Source: an uncultured virus (IMG/VR IMGVR_UViG_3300021090_000018) (Duplodnaviria; Heunggongvirae; Uroviricota; Caudoviricetes). From it: a DNA stretch of 20,000 nt. The notes beneath the pieces are model-generated. The model saw only the letters and a program-made list of their open reading frames with translations. It ran no database searches and had not been told where the DNA came from. The position numbers and the translations under genes were made by a program. The stretch lies in the IMG/VR virus record IMGVR_UViG_3300021090_000018; one strand, 5' to 3'. Shown piece after piece: positions 15,501 through 20,000 of the stretch (positions within the stretch are counted from its first letter, which is position 1; each line of letters opens with the position of its first letter).

Positions 15501-18500
15501 GATGCCGATTGATCGACCAGGCCTTGAATCGCTCGAGTGCATCTAGAAGGTTCGCGCTGAACTCATCAATGGTAGACGCTTCAAAATTTTCGGCGTGTGA
15601 CCTATCGTCTGATATCCTTAGACGAAGAGGACCATTCAGGACTGGATCGTGAAGAATTGTTGGCGTGTATGTTTCAGGAATAGAAGGCGAGTAGTCGTCG
15701 CGCCCAGGCTCAGGGGGTACTTGCGCGTCATCTGAAGAGCCTGGCCCCTGGTTGGTGGCCATGGAGGGGAGTGTAGCCGATTTGGGTTCTACTTGTGAAG
15801 GGCTGGTGCCACGTCGCTGTACGGCGGCGCGGTCGTCCAGTGCGGGGGACGGCACTCGACTGCGGCCTCGTAGATTCGCTGGGGGTCCAGTCCCTTTTCC
15901 TCGGCCTCCGTCAGCCACATTTTGACGGTCGAAGGATGGACCGGATTCTGCATCGCGGCTAAAATTCTTGTCAGATAATCCATCTCCGCCGAGCCAAAAC
16001 GGGCGTTGGGCGTCGAGGTCTCTGGCGAGGTCGTCGATTGATCGGGCATGAGGACCTCCGTCTAGCGCCTCCATGAGACGCCGTTGCAGTCGCTGTAATG
16101 TGGCCAGCCCCACGATAGCATAATTCTGATCCAGTTGGCGAGCAAAGTGTTCGGCGCGTTCATCCTTGTGCGACGTGATCACCTGTTGATGGGTCAGTTC
16201 GTGCATGAGCGTTTTGAGCGCCGCAGCGGCCGTGTGTTCAGCCAGCTCCTCCTCGGTAATACGTCCGCGTTCGACGGCTTGCTGCATGGACCACAGCAGC
16301 CCCCAGGGATTCAGAATGACCTGATCGGACCCGCGCAGATTCACCCCATGATAGTAATCATCAGGGCTTAAGCCCACGAAGGTCGGGGAGCCGAAGTCTG
16401 TATCGGAGGCGGACAGGGTATCGGCGAGTTCTTCGAAGACCTCCCTGAGTCGCTCGCTGACCCGCTTCACATAGGGCTTCGAGGCCAAGTCCCTCATCAT
16501 TTCTTCTGGGAATTGCTGGGAGGAATCGATGACTTTTTGGCCTGTGTCTCCGATAGGAGAACCAGCCTCAATCCCCTGTTCAAACTGCGCCATGGTGGGC
16601 TCGCGGTCGGAGTTGCCACGTCGTTCGAACAGCGCCGTCCCTTGATCGGTCTCTTTGGTCTGCATGGTGTCAAAGAGCGCGTCGAATGCCGTGTTGATCG
16701 CCTTCCGTTCTTCCCCTGCTGGGTATGGCTGCTTCCAGCCCCACGGAGTAGGAACTCTTGAATGCGTCCCGTAGGCGATGAAATCGTTGTGCTGCCCCTT
16801 GGCCGCAAGGGTGTCCTCCACGTAGGCGGCAAAGGCGCGAGCGGCCATCTCATGCGGGGTGAGCCAGTAGGACTCGACCCGGCCCTGATCGATGCTCTTC
16901 GCTTCACGGGCGTACTCGGTCGGAATCCGCTTGATCTTCTCAGTACCAGATTGTGCATCAGACAGCATCTTCAGTCGCTCACTGTAGCGGTTCATGTAGC
17001 CACGGAGATCGTCGAAGACCCCTCGCACGTCGCCAGACCCAAAACCGCTCCGACCGCGCACGGTCTTCTGGATCGCACTCAACTTCTCTAGGGCCTCATT
17101 CGTCCAGCGACCGGACGCGAGATAGCGGCGTGTTTTGTTTTTCGCATCACTCACCTTGAACTCCGTCGACAGGAATTCACCCGCAAGAATCTTCGCGGCA
17201 ATCCCGTCGAACTCGGCCAACTGTTCCGCTGTGGCTGGCGCGGCCTTGCGCTTGTAGTATTGCTCGTCAAGTTGCCGTGACAGCCCACCATAGGGACCGT
17301 TACGGATCTCGTTCAGTTTACTCTCAACATCGTTCCGTGCTTCCCCAACGAACCGCTCCACCTTCTGCGCGTCTTCGGTATATTGCTCCGCTCGCGTGAA
17401 CATGGTGTCGATGAGCGTCGTGTAGGCCGCACGGACCTCTTCACGAACCCCTGAATCTTTCCGCGAGAACCCGTGACTCACATAATCGGTCGAGGGCGCG
17501 TTCGCGTCGTAGACCAGATCCCCACGGTCATTGCGGATCTTCGCGCTCTTAGCCTTCTTGTCTTGCCGACCGAAATAGTGATCCGTGCTGTGAAACCATT
17601 CGTGCGCAAGATGGCCGGCTCCCTCCATCTTCGTGAGATTGATCACCCCGTACTCACGTTCATAATGCGCGGCGGCTCCTGTGAGACCGTGTCCTCTGGC
17701 CCCAAACGCGAGAGCCAGTTCACCATTCAGTCCGATCGCTTTCGGTGGAATATGAAGAATTCCAGCCAGGTCGAGAAGTCCATCGTAAGCATGGTTCATC
17801 ACCGCTTGACGGTCATCTTGGTTCTGCCAATTCCCGAATTCGACCGCTCTGAAATTAAAGGTGTCCTTGAAGTCGTTCGCCTCGACATTCTTCCCGTTGC
17901 GCCGATCCTCTCCGGTACGTGTGACGGTCTCAGGTCGTGGAAGAATCTCCTCGCCAAAGTTGGTCTTGGTCTCAATGATCGATTCGGCGTGCTGAATCAT
18001 GTACCGCTGCGCGTCTTCCTCAGTGGGGAACGACTGTTCGACCACCTGCACAATCTTGCGGTCCCCGATCTTGCGATAGATTTCCCATTGCTCGCCTTTC
18101 GCTTTATAGACACGATGGTTGCGGGAAACCGCCGCGAGCGGAATGGCCGCTTCCGCTTCCTCCTTGGTGTCAAATAGCGTGCGCACAGCTCGCTCTGGTC
18201 GACCTGCAAAATCGGTCTTTTTCGTGTCCAGCAGCGACCATTTGCCTTCTTCGCCCGGACGTGCGCTTTTCAGAATCTGTGACGCGACGTAGCGCTTCCG
18301 CCAGGTGGGGATGTCATCTTTCGGCCTGGCCACCTTGGGTCCAGTCGGACCAGTCTTTTCTGCCAAGTCTTTGCGACTTCCGCCAATGTGTTCTCCTACG
18401 TCAGAAATCTTGGACTTCACGCCTTCGATCTGATCCGCTGCACTCCTGAGCGCCTCAGCGAGAATGGCGGTGGGGGCTTTGGGTCCAGCCGCATACGGCT

Positions 18501-20000
18501 TGCCTATCTTAGCGATCGCAGCATCTCCGACTGTCCATTGGCCTGACTCTGGTGCTGCGGCTTCTGGGAGTGTCGTCTGTTTAGGCTCCGGTATCTGTGC
18601 CGCCCTCGAGAATAAGGGGGCTTCGTCTGGTTGCGCTTCTCGCCCAATAATTGGTCGTTCCCCAATGGTCGGCGCCGGCACGTCGAAGCCCAATTGCTCC
18701 GGCCCCTTCGCTTTCGGCGGCTTGATCGTTTGGGCTTTCAGGGTGAACGTGTCCGCATCGGAGGCTTTCGGTTCCTCGGCAGGGGCCGTGGTTTCAGCGG
18801 GGATGGATGCAGCGACAGGCGCCGCGTTCGCCTTCGAAAAATACTCCTCCACTGCCGCATTCGTGGCCGCCAGTCCTTTCGGCAGCGTGATCCCTGATCG
18901 TCGTTCGAACTCTCCACGGAGCGTCTTATTCGAGAGATATAGCCATTCGCGCAGCGTTCTGATAGAAGCCCTATCTCCTTGTTCTGCCCCGGTCCAGGCG
19001 GATTCGAATGTCTCGCGTGTCTTGGCGGGGAGGGCCGCGTAGGCGGGGGATTGTGGGGCGGTTGCTTTCTTCCGTGGTGTTGGTATAGTGGGCGGTACGG
19101 AAGCCGTTGAAGCAGCCTCCGTACCTAGCTTAACGTCACTGGAAGGAGTTACGTCTTGCCTGCCTTTACTTGTATCAGATGCAGCGCGGTTTTCACTAGA
19201 CGCACTAGAAGCTGTAGGCCTAACCTCTTTTGCGGCAAGTTCTGCCACGACACGCACCGCCGCGTTGGCCGCGTCAATGCGAACGGATACAGGGAGATTA
19301 GAGTCAACGGAAAACTCCTGAAGGAACATCGCTTTGTCATGGAACAGCATCTCGGGCGTACGTTGCTCTCGTCGGAGTGCATCCACCATATCAACGGGGA
19401 GAGAACGGATAATCGCATCTCGAACCTTCAGATCCTTGGCCGATCCGAACACCAGAGCCATCACTTGCCTTTGACGTGGGACATCGAGACTGCTAAGGCC
19501 TTGAGAGCGAAAGGACTCAGTTTTTACAAGATCCAGAAGATTATCGGTGCTAACCACGGGGGCATCTGGAGAGCCTTCAGGGACAGAGGACTCCTGTAAT
19601 GGCCCGTGCGTAGCCTCAGCTATCAGAGCTTTCCAGTCCGCATCTGTTTTAGGCGCGAACGGTGATTTCCTGAACTCTCTATCGAGCAATAGCAGTTCTT
19701 TTATGCGGGCGACATCTTTCCCTACGTCTCTTCCGCGATCCTTGATTATCTTTTCTACGGCAACTTCCACACGCTTTCTAGACAACGCCGCCTGTCCGCT
19801 GGTTGCCTCCCGATACCACTGCGCCGTCGCACTCCTGAGACCCGTAATCTCCTGATCCGATCCCTTCCCCTGCGTCTCGTTGAAGTAGCGCCCCCCCCGT
19901 TCACTGCCGGCAATCTCCAGATCAGCCTGTGCTTTTTCCGCCCTGGCGAGGAGTTCAGCATTCTGTTCTGGAATGAGCGTTCCACGTGGAACTTGTGCGG
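12523..20000 (-). CDS. Giant polyvalent (probably virion-packaged/ejected) protein, 5' truncated by the window; LPD5-like, zincin/LPD1-like, second HExxH domain, LPD38-like C-terminus
   Basis: Frame read by hand stays open from 19785 to the window end (>2490 aa). DVGEHIGGSRKD; VEFGNW..AFGARG..AHYE..INLTK..AHEWFH (17590-17604); YWLTPHEMAARAF; MHELTH (16189-16203); FRIPKPFEIG..P.LLKPL.DLYANKDAFTGQPI. Confidence 0.9.
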   Translation of the reverse strand, partial: AQVPRGTLIPEQNAELLARAEKAQADLEIAGSERGGRYFNETQGKGSDQEITGLRSATAQWYREATSGQAALSRKRVEVAVEKIIKDRGRDVGKDVARIKELLLLDREFRKSPFAPKTDADWKALIAEATHGPLQESSVPEGSPDAPVVSTDNLLDLVKTESFRSQGLSSLDVPRQRQVMALVFGSAKDLKVRDAIIRSLPVDMVDALRREQRTPEMLFHDKAMFLQEFSVDSNLPVSVRIDAANAAVRVVAELAAKEVRPTASSASSENRAASDTSKGRQDVTPSSDVKLGTEAASTASVPPTIPTPRKKATAPQSPAYAALPAKTRETFESAWTGAEQGDRASIRTLREWLYLSNKTLRGEFERRSGITLPKGLAATNAAVEEYFSKANAAPVAASIPAETTAPAEEPKASDADTFTLKAQTIKPPKAKGPEQLGFDVPAPTIGERPIIGREAQPDEAPLFSRAAQIPEPKQTTLPEAAAPESGQWTVGDAAIAKIGKPYAAGPKAPTAILAEALRSAADQIEGVKSKISDVGEHIGGSRKDLAEKTGPTGPKVARPKDDIPTWRKRYVASQILKSARPGEEGKWSLLDTKKTDFAGRPERAVRTLFDTKEEAEAAIPLAAVSRNHRVYKAKGEQWEIYRKIGDRKIVQVVEQSFPTEEDAQRYMIQHAESIIETKTNFGEEILPRPETVTRTGEDRRNGKNVEANDFKDTFNFRAVEFGNWQNQDDRQAVMNHAYDGLLDLAGILHIPPKAIGLNGELALAFGARGHGLTGAAAHYEREYGVINLTKMEGAGHLAHEWFHSTDHYFGRQDKKAKSAKIRNDRGDLVYDANAPSTDYVSHGFSRKDSGVREEVRAAYTTLIDTMFTRAEQYTEDAQKVERFVGEARNDVESKLNEIRNGPYGGLSRQLDEQYYKRKAAPATAEQLAEFDGIAAKILAGEFLSTEFKVSDAKNKTRRYLASGRWTNEALEKLSAIQKTVRGRSGFGSGDVRGVFDDLRGYMNRYSERLKMLSDAQSGTEKIKRIPTEYAREAKSIDQGRVESYWLTPHEMAARAFAAYVEDTLAAKGQHNDFIAYGTHSRVPTPWGWKQPYPAGEERKAINTAFDALFDTMQTKETDQGTALFERRGNSDREPTMAQFEQGIEAGSPIGDTGQKVIDSSQQFPEEMMRDLASKPYVKRVSERLREVFEELADTLSASDTDFGSPTFVGLSPDDYYHGVNLRGSDQVILNPWGLLWSMQQAVERGRITEEELAEHTAAAALKTLMHELTHQQVITSHKDERAEHFARQLDQNYAIVGLATLQRLQRRLMEALDGGPHARSIDDLARDLDAQRPFWLGGDGLSDKNFSRDAESGPSFDRQNVADGGRGKGTGPPANLRGRSRVPSPALDDRAAVQRRGTSPSQVEPKSATLPSMATNQGPGSSDDAQVPPEPGRDDYSPSIPETYTPTILHDPVLNGPLRLRISDDRSHAENFEASTIDEFSANLLDALERFKAWSINRHPIHQERKREDAARVFDATRLSIHLRDSYWEVAKDPSRPHWMIVSNGDMRPVVSEKAWFRDGAKTMWRAVEYTFKKNEKWARFMGYHPSGEDQFGDFLKNEGENPDDSGPQPGGPVFERRRQAGLTYNELRSPEFPGIQNKTPAPYSARHAHLGALTETQQTALQHVHGTPKTWHEKLDSFKQTWKQTLQQGLFDQYAPILDYSKKAYILSRMTKAGDGTLEALLLYGKPYVDSDGAYRVDYREADGMNGFSKVLSALHGEQDRFMEWVAAQRADRLKAIGLENLYREQDIAALKTLNRGTMKNGASREAAYLTALRELNSWNDAMVKIGVDSGLISPEVRDLYKNQPYVPFYRLHEEGVAPGFGIKPGLVNQYAWKKLEGGTEHLNDDLLANLLQNWSHLITASAKNRAAKETLNAAVMAGVAQEVPSGSTEKDLVHYMDQGKPVTFRVTDPALLDAIAALHYAGLGAIAKPFQAMKRYFSFAVTVNPAYKIRNLIRDSIQAIGTADLSYNPLENIREGIKGTRLESETRAQLLAGGGMMRFGTMLDGNNADRTRRLIEQGVDPDSILSDAGAITKFWKQRIQPAFEAYQEFGDRGEQVNRAALYQRLLSKGMSHQEATFWARDLMDFSLSGKWAAVRILTQVVPFTGARLQGLYKLGRATKEDYRRMGTTLATVALASIALMLAYKDDDDWKKRQPYDRENNWWFKVAGVAFRIPKPFEIGAIGTIAERSVEYLIDQEMTGKFFGERLAAVVSNQLSMNPTPQLLKPLMDLYANKDAFTGQPIERPGMERLRKQDRYTERTSEIARMLGQLGLPDPTQLAMGRWDSLSPVQVDALVRGYFSWLGTMGTTVLDYGIRPMVDRGTRPNLALKDVFLAGNFVETLPSGSSKYLTQFYDQALEVEQAFGSYRDALKRGDLEGARTIREQEREKLALYPMIERVKREESSINTRIKMVEQSRVLSGEQKRVQIDRLREQKNRLAKMVSDRQLALRH
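15770..15799 (-). promoter_or_regulatory. Putative internal sigma70 promoter TTCACA-N18-TACACT
   Basis: -35 at 15799-15794, -10 at 15775-15770, 7 nt before an ATG (15762) in frame with the giant ORF. Confidence 0.45.
15789..16049 (-). CDS. Nested out-of-frame 86-aa gene inside the giant ORF (same strand)
   Basis: CGGAGGTCCTC-ATG ribosome-binding site; mostly G/C-ending codons in this frame; the giant frame over the same DNA is low-complexity G/R/D/P text. Confidence 0.65.
   Translation of the reverse strand: MPDQSTTSPETSTPNARFGSAEMDYLTRILAAMQNPVHPSTVKMWLTEAEEKGLDPQRIYEAAVECRPPHWTTAPPYSDVAPALHK
19062..19089 (+). promoter_or_regulatory. Sigma70-type promoter for the nested antisense HNH: TTGCTT-N16-TATAGT with extended TG
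   Basis: TTGCTT 19062-19067, TGG 19081-19083, TATAGT 19084-19089. Confidence 0.6.
19156..19599 (+). CDS. HNH homing endonuclease with C-terminal HTH, nested antisense within the giant ORF
   Basis: CIRC..FCGKFC, NGYREIRVNGK..EHRFVMEQHLGRTL..ECIHHINGERTDNRISNLQIL..EH..HH, HTH-like ALRAKGLSFYKIQKIIG; SD GGAAGGAG 19141-19148 before TTG. Confidence 0.9.
   Translation: MPAFTCIRCSAVFTRRTRSCRPNLFCGKFCHDTHRRVGRVNANGYREIRVNGKLLKEHRFVMEQHLGRTLLSSECIHHINGERTDNRISNLQILGRSEHQSHHLPLTWDIETAKALRAKGLSFYKIQKIIGANHGGIWRAFRDRGLL

Noticed and set aside
19060..19600. Intein or group I intron explanation for the nested HNH
   Set aside because: No intein terminal motifs in the host frame, and the insert is filled by promoter + ORF, leaving no room for a ribozyme core (not tested computationally)
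19783..19785. TTG start of the giant ORF given by the ORF track
   Set aside because: The frame remains open to position 20000, so the true start is probably outside the window

Overview
Fragment of a dsDNA phage or prophage genome with two convergent arms. 1-12.4 kb (+) is a tightly translationally coupled early/replication operon: RusA-like resolvase, PnuC-like mini membrane protein, beta-class DNA methyltransferase, J-domain protein, DUF1364-like nuclease, replication initiator with an internal iteron/(AGAGAC)10 origin-like region, a possible helicase loader and many small hypothetical genes. It is interspersed with an unusually large number of HNH endonuclease genes (8 in the window, one with a premature stop). 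12.5-20 kb (-) is the 3' part of a giant polyvalent protein gene (>2490 aa, open beyond the window end) with LPD5-, LPD1/zincin- and LPD38-like regions. The most notable signal is 'genes inside genes'. (i) A complete HNH endonuclease gene with its own promoter and RBS is nested antisense inside the giant ORF without interrupting it, and no intron or intein is visible. (ii) A second antisense HNH sits in the methyltransferase 3' end between a synonymously recoded replacement tail and the displaced original tail. (iii) An out-of-frame gene with an RBS, plus an internal promoter, lies inside a FERR-bounded cassette of the giant gene. All family names come from motif recognition by eye; no searches were run.
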